From assembly GCA_041394785.1 (NCBI GenBank), contig JAWKHO010000014.1:20101-84100 (forward strand): 64,000 nt of DNA, written 5' to 3'. This stretch comes from Pyrinomonadaceae bacterium (GTDB lineage: Bacteria > Acidobacteriota > Blastocatellia > Pyrinomonadales > Pyrinomonadaceae). Position numbers and translations under genes: made by a program. This document shows positions 29,501-36,912 of this stretch, one piece after another. Numbering within the stretch: position 1 is the first letter of the stretch; each line of letters opens with the position of its first letter. The notes under the pieces are model-generated. The model was not told where the DNA came from and did no database searches. It was given only the letters and a program-made list of their open reading frames with translations.

Positions 29501-29660
29501 TAACTTTTACGGCCGCATTCGGTACTACGGCGCCCTGCGGGTCGGATACTTTTCCGACGATCGCACCTGAAACTGTGGATTGAGCAAATGATTGCCCGAC
29601 TCCGAATAGCAGGCAAAAGATCGGCGTCAAAAGCAGCTTACTGCCAAACTTATTTTTCAT
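26562..29660 (-). CDS. TonB-dependent receptor with CarboxypepD_reg domain (paralog of 30098..33181)
   Basis: Signal peptide ...SFAQS, GKVSDPQGAVVPNAAVKVTN...NLQPGNY, and C-terminus FAARFNF. Long colinear blocks are shared with the next gene. Confidence 0.85.
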   Translation of the reverse strand: MKNKFGSKLLLTPIFCLLFGVGQSFAQSTVSGAIVGKVSDPQGAVVPNAAVKVTNMGTNRTVNSTATDDGSFRVTNLQPGNYAVEVEVAGFENFRQENVIVEVGAATPVEIVLGVAGANAVVDVSAEAPVINTSQQDFSNNINQTSISELPINGRRASSFVLLTPGVAPDGGFGLISFRGISGLLNNSTVDGGDNNQAFFSEERGRTRISSSISQDAVREFQVNTSNYSAEFGRAAGGVVNTVTKSGTNEFHGSAFYYLRDNKFGARNAFAFQTITTPTGTQTVGLKPEDVRHQFGGSIGGPIVKDKLFFFFSYDQQRRSFPAVSAPSSLTFYNLTPAQTATLTGRGVTTAQINAGITFLQSLNGEVARRGDQLLLLPKIDWVINDKHTFSAVYNRLRADSPAGVQSAAVVTRGIASFGDDKVTLDTFNARLNSTFSSNVLNEARFQYSRDLEQQFGQPPAPGEPTTANGFSPSVAIGTGGFTFGKPNFLDRAAYPDEKRLQFANSTTFIKGRHTLKFGGDYNNVSDVLDNLFQNAGAYSYSNIVEFLSDYANPALKRYTSFNQGFGPTAFEFSTNDYNFFIQDDIRLTPTLALNFGLRYELQSLPEPQIPNALEGRTSNFPGDKNNFGPRIGFAIDATGDGKTSIRAGYGLYYGRLINSTISNAITNTGVAASQIQYSLIPSQAGSPLYPNILAAPPNVAGSRPDIVVFKDGMQNPMIHQMDVVFERMIAKNTVVSVSGLISVGRNLPTFVDTNLPLPAAVTNYTFVGGPFDGQTITTPRYTGSRPNANFGRITEIRDTIGSDYYGLVIQLNRRLTEGLQFQASYTYSDAEDNGQTSTTFTNPNIPLDPNNPDLEYGTSSLDIPHRFVASAVYAPKTLFGLGSGSKTGRAILGGFTFSPIVTIQSGRPFSAGVTGNAPSGISTGILGAGGANRLPNLPPNTFRLPYIFNMDLRLSRRFRLTETSNIEIFAEGFNIFNRQNITNAGSTAYAISTTAGVSRLTYNASTFGVPTEAGNSIFRERQIQFAARFNF

Positions 29661-30036
29661 TGATTTCCCTTAAACTCCTTAAAGATTTGATATTAATTTG
29701 ATATAAAATCCATCCGAACAACCGCACCGATACCCGATCAAATCGACTTTCCGTACCAAACAATGAAATAATCTTGCGAATTTCGTAGTGTTTCGGTCCG
29801 GTCTTACGCTGCATCTTGCAGTTGCGATCGGGGCGTTTATCCCTTAAATAGCTGGATCAGTTATCGTTGCTGTTCGCGGGTATATTGAGAGCCTTCTCAC
29901 TTTTTCAAACGGCCATGATGCGTTGTCAGTGCGCCGTTTTTAAGCAAGTTCAATTCCCAAATTTCGTGTAATTCAGGTTAAATATTTGAAGATAAATTGC
30001 GGATAAATTGGAGCGGGCTTTTATTGATATTAATTT

Positions 30037-30070
30037 AAAAAACGGCGCGTTTTCGGATGAAAACGCGCCG
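30037..30070 (-). terminator. Rho-independent terminator of TonB-dependent receptor 3
   Basis: The 12-bp stem cggcgcgttttc / gaaaacgcgccg has a 4-nt loop. The minus strand is followed by tttttt. Confidence 0.8.
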
Positions 30071-30097
30071 CATAAAATTTCCTGTTTAGTTACCCGA

Positions 30098-33000
30098 TCA
30101 GAAGTTGAAACGGGCTGCAAACTGGATCTGACGTTCACGGAAGATATTGTTTCCCGCTGAGGTCGGAGTTCCGAAATCATCATCGAAATTGAGATCCGTG
30201 CTGGCCGTAAACGGACGGTTATATGCACGGTTATCAACCCTTGTTATATTTTGGCGATTGAAGATATTGAACCCTTCGGCAAATACCTCGAGACTCTTTG
30301 TTTCACCGAATTTGAACCGGCGTGAGATCCTCAGATCGACATTTGCGATCGTCGGAGCCTGAAATCCGTTTCGCGGAACACCCGGCAGTATCCTGTTTCC
30401 GCCGGCACCCCACAGATCATCATCGATACCTGCGGAATATGGATTTCCGGATTGGATCGTCACGATCGGCGAAAAAGTCCAGCCGCCGAGGATCGCTTTT
30501 CCGACCCTTGAATCTTTCGCCAATCCGAAGATCGTTTCAGGCGCGTAAACAAGACTGGAAACAAACCGATGCGGTACGTTGAAGTTGGAATTACCTTCTT
30601 CAAGACTCAGATCGTTCGGATCAGACGCAACCTGTGTTCGCGTAAACGTCTGCGAGATCTGTCCGTTGTCCTCAGCATCCGAATAGGTATAGCTTGCCTT
30701 AAACTGAAGTCCGTCTGTCAGCCTGCGGTTAATTTGCAATACCAGCGCAGCATAACGCGAGCTGATCGTACTGCTGATCTCGGTGATGCTTCCAAAGTTT
30801 GGATTCGGACGTGCTCCGAAATATTCGTTTACCGTAACGGTTTGTCCGCCAAACGGACCGCCGTTGATGTTGTATGTACGGGTTCCGGATTGAGGAGGAA
30901 GATTCGTATCGACAAATGTCGGCAGATTTCTACCCCAGCTGAACAATCCCGAGACCGAAACTATAGTGTTTCGCGCGATCGTATGTTCGAACACGATATC
31001 CGACTGATGGATCAGCGGATTCTGCATATCCGGACTAAATACGATGATGTTTCCTCCGCCTGCTCCCGGTGGTGGCGGTGGAAGAGTATTCGGATATATC
31101 GGCGATCCGGCAACAGCACCGCTGCCGAAGAACAGTGAAAACTGTCCTTCGGACGTTCCCGTATTCGTTATCGCATTCGAAATTGTCGAATTGATGATGC
31201 GGCCGTAATAGATGCCGTAACCTCCGCGAATAGATGTTTCGCCTTTTCCTGTCAGGTCATAAGCAAAACCGATCCGCGGTCCGAAGTTGTTAGTATCGCT
31301 CGGAAACTGGTTTGTACGCGGTTCCAAAGCGTTCGGTATTTGCGGCTCAGGAAGATTCTGATACTCATACCGGAGACCCAGGTTCAGCGTTAGCCGCGGC
31401 GAAACGCGGATATCATCCTGAACAAAGAAGTTGAAGTCTGTTGTTGAAAACTTAAATGCACTCGGTCCGAAGGCCTGTGCGAAAAAGTCGTAAGTTTTCT
31501 GAGACGGATCGGCGCGGTCGGTAAGAAAATCTACAAGATTTGTGTACCGGTATTCTCCGCCGCCCTGATAAAGGTTATCGAGTACGTCGCTGACGTAGTT
31601 GATATCACCGCCAAACTTCAGCGTATGATTGCCCTTCAGCATTGTCACCGAATTCGCAAACTGCCAGTTCTTCTCAAGCGGATAAGCCGCTCGCGGAAGG
31701 AAATTCGGACGACCAATGTCAAAACCGCCGCCCGTTATTCCGATATCCGGAACACCGCCGTCAGGTGCGGTAGTCGGCTCACCGGGACCGGGTTCCTGAC
31801 CCGTCTGCTGATTCAATTCGCGTCCGTATTGAAAACGGAATTCGTTCAGAACGGTTGGTGAGATAGTAGAGTTCAAACGGACATTCAATGTATCGATATC
31901 GACAAAGTCGCTGCCGAAGCTGTTTGAACCGCGGAAAATGATCGCCTGCGTCTGAACGCCGCCAGGAGAATCCCAGCGCATTCGGTTATAGACGACCGAA
32001 AGACTGTTGCTGTCATTTATTACCCAGTCGATCTTCGGAAGAAGGAGCAGCTGGTCACCCTTTCGCGGGACGACTCCCGTCAAACCGCGCAAAAATGCCA
32101 ATCCTTCATCGGTTTGCGCCTGCGTGATCCCGCGTCCGGCAAGTATTACGCCCTGCGGGTCAGTAGGATCGGAAACATCGATCGGGTCAAGAAAATCGCC
32201 CTGCGATGTTGTCGCAAGTGCGGGAAAATCGCGTTTCTGCTGATCATAGCTAAAGAAAAAGAACAGCTTGTCTTTGACGATCGGACCGCCAAGCGAACCG
32301 CCGAATTGATGACGCTCGTCTTTTGGCTTAAGACCGATCGTTTGGGTTTGTCCGTTCACAAGGATGTTCTGGAAACTAAACGCGTTTCGCGCTCCCCAGC
32401 GGTTGTCACGGATATAGTAAAAAGCGGAACCATGAAATTCATTTGTTCCGCTTTTGGTTACTGTGTTTATAACGCCGCCGGCGGCACGTCCAAACTCAGA
32501 AGAGTAGTTGGATGTATTAACCTGAAATTCCCTTACGGCATCCTGGCTGATCGAAGAACTGGCCCGCGTCCGTCCGCGTTCTTCGGCAAAAAACGCCTGA
32601 TTGTTGTCACCGCCGTCGACCGTACTGTTATTCAGCAAACCTGAAATTCCGCGGAAGCTGATCAAACCAAAATCACCGTCCGGCGCGACACCCGGCGTCA
32701 GAAGCACAAAGTTTGAAGCACGGCGACCGTTGATCGGGAGTTCGCTGATCGACGTCTGATCGATCGTGTTTGCAAAATCCTGCGTGCTGGTATTGATCAC
32801 CGGAGCTTCAACTGTTACTTCTGCGTCCACGGCCGAAATTCCCATCGTTGCATTTACCGTCGTCAAAGTTCCGACCTCAACGATGATGTTTTCGCGGGTG
32901 AAATTTGCAAAACCCTGCGACGCAACTTCGATCGAATAATTTCCGGGCTGAAGATTCGTAAAACGGAAGGTTCCGTCGCCGGTCGCATTTACATTTTGAG

Positions 33001-33181
33001 TCTTATTAGTGCCGTTGTTAGTTATAGTTACAGTCGCGTTTGGAATTATCGAGCCCTGCTGATCGACAACCTTTCCGCTTATCCCGCCCGTAACGGTCGA
33101 TTGAGCAAAAACTTGTCCAAAGCCCGATAGCAGACAGAAAACTGCCGCGACTATCAGATTATGTGTAATTCTCTTTGTCAT
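30098..33181 (-). CDS. TonB-dependent receptor with CarboxypepD_reg domain (paralog of 26562..29660)
   Basis: Same architecture and the same C-terminus IQFAARFNF. Many identical blocks are shared, for example SISELPINGRRAS and KDKLFFFFSYDQQ. Confidence 0.85.
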   Translation of the reverse strand: MTKRITHNLIVAAVFCLLSGFGQVFAQSTVTGGISGKVVDQQGSIIPNATVTITNNGTNKTQNVNATGDGTFRFTNLQPGNYSIEVASQGFANFTRENIIVEVGTLTTVNATMGISAVDAEVTVEAPVINTSTQDFANTIDQTSISELPINGRRASNFVLLTPGVAPDGDFGLISFRGISGLLNNSTVDGGDNNQAFFAEERGRTRASSSISQDAVREFQVNTSNYSSEFGRAAGGVINTVTKSGTNEFHGSAFYYIRDNRWGARNAFSFQNILVNGQTQTIGLKPKDERHQFGGSLGGPIVKDKLFFFFSYDQQKRDFPALATTSQGDFLDPIDVSDPTDPQGVILAGRGITQAQTDEGLAFLRGLTGVVPRKGDQLLLLPKIDWVINDSNSLSVVYNRMRWDSPGGVQTQAIIFRGSNSFGSDFVDIDTLNVRLNSTISPTVLNEFRFQYGRELNQQTGQEPGPGEPTTAPDGGVPDIGITGGGFDIGRPNFLPRAAYPLEKNWQFANSVTMLKGNHTLKFGGDINYVSDVLDNLYQGGGEYRYTNLVDFLTDRADPSQKTYDFFAQAFGPSAFKFSTTDFNFFVQDDIRVSPRLTLNLGLRYEYQNLPEPQIPNALEPRTNQFPSDTNNFGPRIGFAYDLTGKGETSIRGGYGIYYGRIINSTISNAITNTGTSEGQFSLFFGSGAVAGSPIYPNTLPPPPPGAGGGNIIVFSPDMQNPLIHQSDIVFEHTIARNTIVSVSGLFSWGRNLPTFVDTNLPPQSGTRTYNINGGPFGGQTVTVNEYFGARPNPNFGSITEISSTISSRYAALVLQINRRLTDGLQFKASYTYSDAEDNGQISQTFTRTQVASDPNDLSLEEGNSNFNVPHRFVSSLVYAPETIFGLAKDSRVGKAILGGWTFSPIVTIQSGNPYSAGIDDDLWGAGGNRILPGVPRNGFQAPTIANVDLRISRRFKFGETKSLEVFAEGFNIFNRQNITRVDNRAYNRPFTASTDLNFDDDFGTPTSAGNNIFRERQIQFAARFNF

Positions 33182-33905
33182 TAGTATATTTTGACCTCTC
33201 TGTTAGTTTTGAGTTGTTAACCGGACACTGAAAAGTTAAGTCCGGAAAATTTAAATAAACGCGAAGTTTGTAGTTTTACTCTGAATGATTGAAGGTATCT
33301 TCCGAATTTCGGATATTTTCTCACATCACAAAAACGGTAAATTGAATCAAATCAATCAAATAACGTTCGCGATCAAATTCGTGTTAAGTACTGCCATAAC
33401 ACGGTTTTATACTTACATAAGGAACACTGAACATTTTCAGCGCTTAGAAAAATGCATGTAATGTGTATGATTTCAAAACTCAGGTTAGGCAATTTGGATA
33501 CCGGAAAGGGAACAATTAAAGCGGTCAAAAAGATTTAATAAAAATTTGATAGTGAAGTTCTTATGATCGTTCTTACAATTTATCGATCACGAAGCGATAA
33601 ATTCTCCCGCGCAGTCGTCTGACTTTTCCCGGATCCGAAACCGGATCAGTCACAAAAACAAGCACAAATCTACTGTTGAAAAAACCAAAACCGGTTTTCC
33701 GGCGAAGACGTTATCAGAAGGATTGCGGCAGCTATTCCGCATCTGAATTTTTACAAACCGAATCGGAATAGAACATGGCCTCTTGGGGATTATTTAAATA
33801 GCGGATCGTTCTCGATATTCAAGTCTTTGCAACCGAATCAAAAAAATCGACATCGAACCGCCACACGTTGTGAGAACAAGGAATACAAAAACAGGGAAGG
33901 TGAAT

Positions 33906-34307
33906 ATGGCAAACACAGCATACACAACAGTTTCCAGTGCGTCACAGCTGCCTAAAAGGATCATGGCAAATCTCAAAGCACAGGTGAGCTGGAAGGATTC
34001 AACGAGCGGTGAAACGATCTCGGTCACCGGTACCACAGAGCATGTCGGCGAAACCGGAGCTCTTGTAAATATTGAAGTGCTTCCGCTGGTCGGAAGCAGC
34101 GTGCATCTGAGACTCTTTGACGAAGGTAAAACGATCATCGAAACCGATACGGAAGTTATCAGAATCTTACGAGATCCGGGCAAACCGATGGTTGCACTTT
34201 CTGTTGCAGACAACATCAAACAGTGGCGTGATAAAGCAATGAATGCGGCCCAGGACTGGGTTACCCGAAACTGGCGGCTAAATTACGGTGAAGAATGGGC
34301 AAATTGA
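33906..34307 (+). CDS. Hypothetical small protein, weakly PilZ-like
   Basis: The ATG at 33906 is preceded by gggaaggtga. The beta-rich sequence has a TTEHVGETGALVNI segment vaguely like the PilZ DxSxxG region. No clear RxxxR motif. Confidence 0.3.
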   Translation: MANTAYTTVSSASQLPKRIMANLKAQVSWKDSTSGETISVTGTTEHVGETGALVNIEVLPLVGSSVHLRLFDEGKTIIETDTEVIRILRDPGKPMVALSVADNIKQWRDKAMNAAQDWVTRNWRLNYGEEWAN

Positions 34308-34353
34308 TTTTGAACTAAATTTTCAGACAGACGATCAAAGCGGTCGGAATTCG

Positions 34354-35706
34354 TTATCGAAGCAAAGCCTTCAGACGGGTTTCGACCGTTGTTTTTATTT
34401 CGGAAAGATGCTCCGCGCTGTCCGCCTCAAAACGCAAAACCAATATGGCTTGTGTATTTGAAGGCCTGACAAGCCCCCATCCGTTATCAAATTGGATCCG
34501 CGCACCGTCAATGGTGATCACTTCGTTTGTTTTTGAAAAACCCGCCGCGAGTTCTTCAACAATAACAAACTTCTCGGATTCGCTGCATGGAATCCTGATC
34601 TCAGGCGTCGAATAAGTCTGCGGAATATCCGCAAGGAGTTGGGACAAGGATTTATCGCTGTCAGATAGGATCTGCAGCAGTCTCGCACCGGCATAACAAG
34701 CGTCGTCAAATCCATAATATCGATCGGCAAAGAAAATATGCCCGCTCATTTCGCCGGCAAGAAGCGCTCCGGTTTCTTTCATTTTTGCCTTGACGATCGA
34801 ATGTCCCGCTTTACACATTACCGGAGTGCCGCCGAGTTTCGCGACTTCATCAAAGAGCACCTGAGAGCATTTTACTTCGCCGATCACCGTCGCGCCCGGA
34901 TTTTCGCGCAAGACTTCACGCGCTAAAAGCGTCGTCAGTTCATCGCCCCAAACCGCGCGTCCGGTTTCATCAACAACCGTGATCCGGTCTCCATCGCCGT
35001 CAAAAGCGATTCCGAGATCGGCGTTGTTTGCCGCGACGGTTCGCTTAAGATCAATTAAGTTTTGGGGATCCGCGGGATCAGGAGGATGATTCGGAAACGA
35101 AGGATCAGGTTTTGTGAAAAGCTCAACAACTTCTATTCCCAATTCCCGGTAAACGGGAACCGACGTTACTCCGCCCATTCCGTTTCCGGCGTCGACCACT
35201 ACCTTTAACTGTTTTGGACCAGGGTCAATTTTTGAGACGATATCTTGAACATATCCGTCGAGAACATTGGTTGAGCCGAATATTCCGCAGCCGGAGTTGA
35301 AGTCTTCAGACTCAACGATCGCCTTGATCTCCCGGATCCTTTCTCCAAAAAGCGTCTCCTCTCCAAGACAGATCTTAAAACCATTGTGATCCGGCGGATT
35401 ATGCGAACCGGTGATCATCACGCCGCCGTCTATTTCATTCATTGTGTAGATCGTATGGTAGAGAACAGGAGTTGGGACACGCAAGATCAAAACAACATCA
35501 CATCCGGCTTTGAGTAATTGTTCGACCACTATATGGCTAAACTTTCCGGAAGATTCCCGCGCGTCGAATCCAACTGCAATTCTTTTTGCATTATTGCGGA
35601 CAAAAAACGTGCCGATCGCGCCGGCGATCTTCGCCGTATCTTCTTCGGTGAGCTCATCGCCGACAATTCCGCGGATATCATATTCCCTGAAGATATGTTC
35701 TTTCAT
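34354..35706 (-). CDS. Phosphomannomutase/phosphoglucomutase (alpha-D-phosphohexomutase family)
   Basis: Active-site loop GVMITGSHNPPDHNGFK, metal loop FDGDGDR, and sugar loop GEMSGH. Confidence 0.85.
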   Translation of the reverse strand: MKEHIFREYDIRGIVGDELTEEDTAKIAGAIGTFFVRNNAKRIAVGFDARESSGKFSHIVVEQLLKAGCDVVLILRVPTPVLYHTIYTMNEIDGGVMITGSHNPPDHNGFKICLGEETLFGERIREIKAIVESEDFNSGCGIFGSTNVLDGYVQDIVSKIDPGPKQLKVVVDAGNGMGGVTSVPVYRELGIEVVELFTKPDPSFPNHPPDPADPQNLIDLKRTVAANNADLGIAFDGDGDRITVVDETGRAVWGDELTTLLAREVLRENPGATVIGEVKCSQVLFDEVAKLGGTPVMCKAGHSIVKAKMKETGALLAGEMSGHIFFADRYYGFDDACYAGARLLQILSDSDKSLSQLLADIPQTYSTPEIRIPCSESEKFVIVEELAAGFSKTNEVITIDGARIQFDNGWGLVRPSNTQAILVLRFEADSAEHLSEIKTTVETRLKALLR

Positions 35707-36830
35707 TTGAGGTGTTTTCGCAGAAAGGAAATGATCTTATAGCCGTCGATATAAACCCAGGGCTTTTCGCCAAGCGTGTAATGTCCGCACGGGATAACAA
35801 CCTGATCATGCTCGACGCCGGTTTTTTCGAGTACATACATCATATCCCGCGAGAGTTTTATCGGAAAAGTAAGGTCATAGAGTGTATAGATATATCGCTG
35901 CGGACGCGCGGGAAGCGTTTTGAGTTTGTCCATATACGACATCGGCGAGATCGGCAGCCAGAATTCCCGCAAGTCTTTGAGATCAACATCGTTTTCCAAA
36001 CCTTCTTTTACGTGGTATGTCGAAAGTCCTTCCCAGACGACATCGGCAACGTATCCCGAAACGTGATTAAAAACGCACGCATCGATCGCCAGTTCGTGAA
36101 CAAATGCCAGAAAGCCGACACACGAACCGATGCTTGTGCCGACCAATCCGACCTTTTCATAACCCTGCTGCTTGAGCCAGCGCACCGCCGCTTTTGTATC
36201 CAGAACGGATTGACGAAGCGATTGGAGAGTTTGTCCGACATTCGGCGCGACGAGGTAATCCGCGCGTTCGAGTTCGGGAGGCATCCGCTCTTCATGATAC
36301 GGAAGCGTCAGGCGAAGCGCGGAAACACCGACCTTGTTAAAGAATTTGCAGAGATCAAAATATGTTCCGGCCTTTGCGTTCCAGTGCGGAAGGACGATAA
36401 CCGCAGCTTTTTTATCTTTGTCGTGCGGAAAAAAATTTGCGTAAACGGTATTGTTTTGAGCCGAAGGAGTTTCGACGGCACTGGTCCAGGTGATCTGGTG
36501 ATTCGCAATTCGCAGTTCGCGGTTCGCGTTAAGCGGTTCGCTATTCGCTTCTTCCATATCGCGTATCGCGTATCGCGTATTGCGTTCTTCCGAATTGCGT
36601 ATCGCGTATTGCGTATTGCGAATTACAAAATCCGTCACTTCCGGCAAATGATAAAACTCATCACTATTTGCGATCATCTCTGCCGAATATTTCTTAAAAA
36701 ACTTCGCCGGATCATCGCCGTTGATATCGGCACCGACATATTCCGTTCCCCAGCCAAACGGACGCACCACGCGATTATCATTGAGCATCGCGTAATATCT
36801 TTCTTTTCTGTGCATCCAGCGCTTGAACAT
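35703..36830 (-). CDS. Alpha/beta hydrolase with an internal repeat-encoded insertion
   Basis: Nucleophile elbow GTSIGS and C-terminal PCGHYT. The insertion IRNTQYAIRNSEERNTRYAIRDMEEANSEPLNANRELRIANH is encoded by heptanucleotide repeats. Confidence 0.7.
   Translation of the reverse strand: MFKRWMHRKERYYAMLNDNRVVRPFGWGTEYVGADINGDDPAKFFKKYSAEMIANSDEFYHLPEVTDFVIRNTQYAIRNSEERNTRYAIRDMEEANSEPLNANRELRIANHQITWTSAVETPSAQNNTVYANFFPHDKDKKAAVIVLPHWNAKAGTYFDLCKFFNKVGVSALRLTLPYHEERMPPELERADYLVAPNVGQTLQSLRQSVLDTKAAVRWLKQQGYEKVGLVGTSIGSCVGFLAFVHELAIDACVFNHVSGYVADVVWEGLSTYHVKEGLENDVDLKDLREFWLPISPMSYMDKLKTLPARPQRYIYTLYDLTFPIKLSRDMMYVLEKTGVEHDQVVIPCGHYTLGEKPWVYIDGYKIISFLRKHLK
36501..36621. repeat. Degenerate heptanucleotide repeat array inside the hydrolase CDS
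   Basis: A run of 7 heptamer positions, six of them RTTCGCN-like (36501..36549), then tcttccat, 4x ATYGCGT, tcttccga and 4x ATYGCGN. The last two blocks form a 36-bp (12-codon) higher-order unit. Confidence 0.9.
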
Positions 36831-36912
36831 AAGTTCTCAATGGTAGAGAAAAGAAAGCCCGCCCGCAACTCTTTGGGTGACGGGCAGGCTTCGTAATTTC
36901 GAAAGTTTGCTT

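Noticed and set aside
22948-33181. Numerous 60-190-aa ORFs antisense to or out of frame with the three receptor genes (for example 30569..31138 and 32114..32644)
   Set aside because: They lie entirely inside long, motif-supported receptor CDSs and have biased Arg/Ser-rich composition. I treat them as spurious.
33182-33869. Cobalamin or other riboswitch in the long leaders of the TonB-dependent receptor genes
   Set aside because: I looked for a B12-box-like core (GCCACTG context) and for other riboswitch cores I know, on the relevant strand of the three upstream regions, and did not see them. This is not a substitute for an Rfam scan.
35712-36896. A 394-aa plus-strand ORF covering the whole hydrolase locus
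   Set aside because: It is the antisense of the minus-strand alpha/beta hydrolase, which has the GTSIGS nucleophile elbow and a sensible domain layout. The plus-strand translation is low-complexity and Arg/Ile/Phe-rich with no recognisable motif. It is most likely a mirror ORF kept open by codon bias and the repeats.
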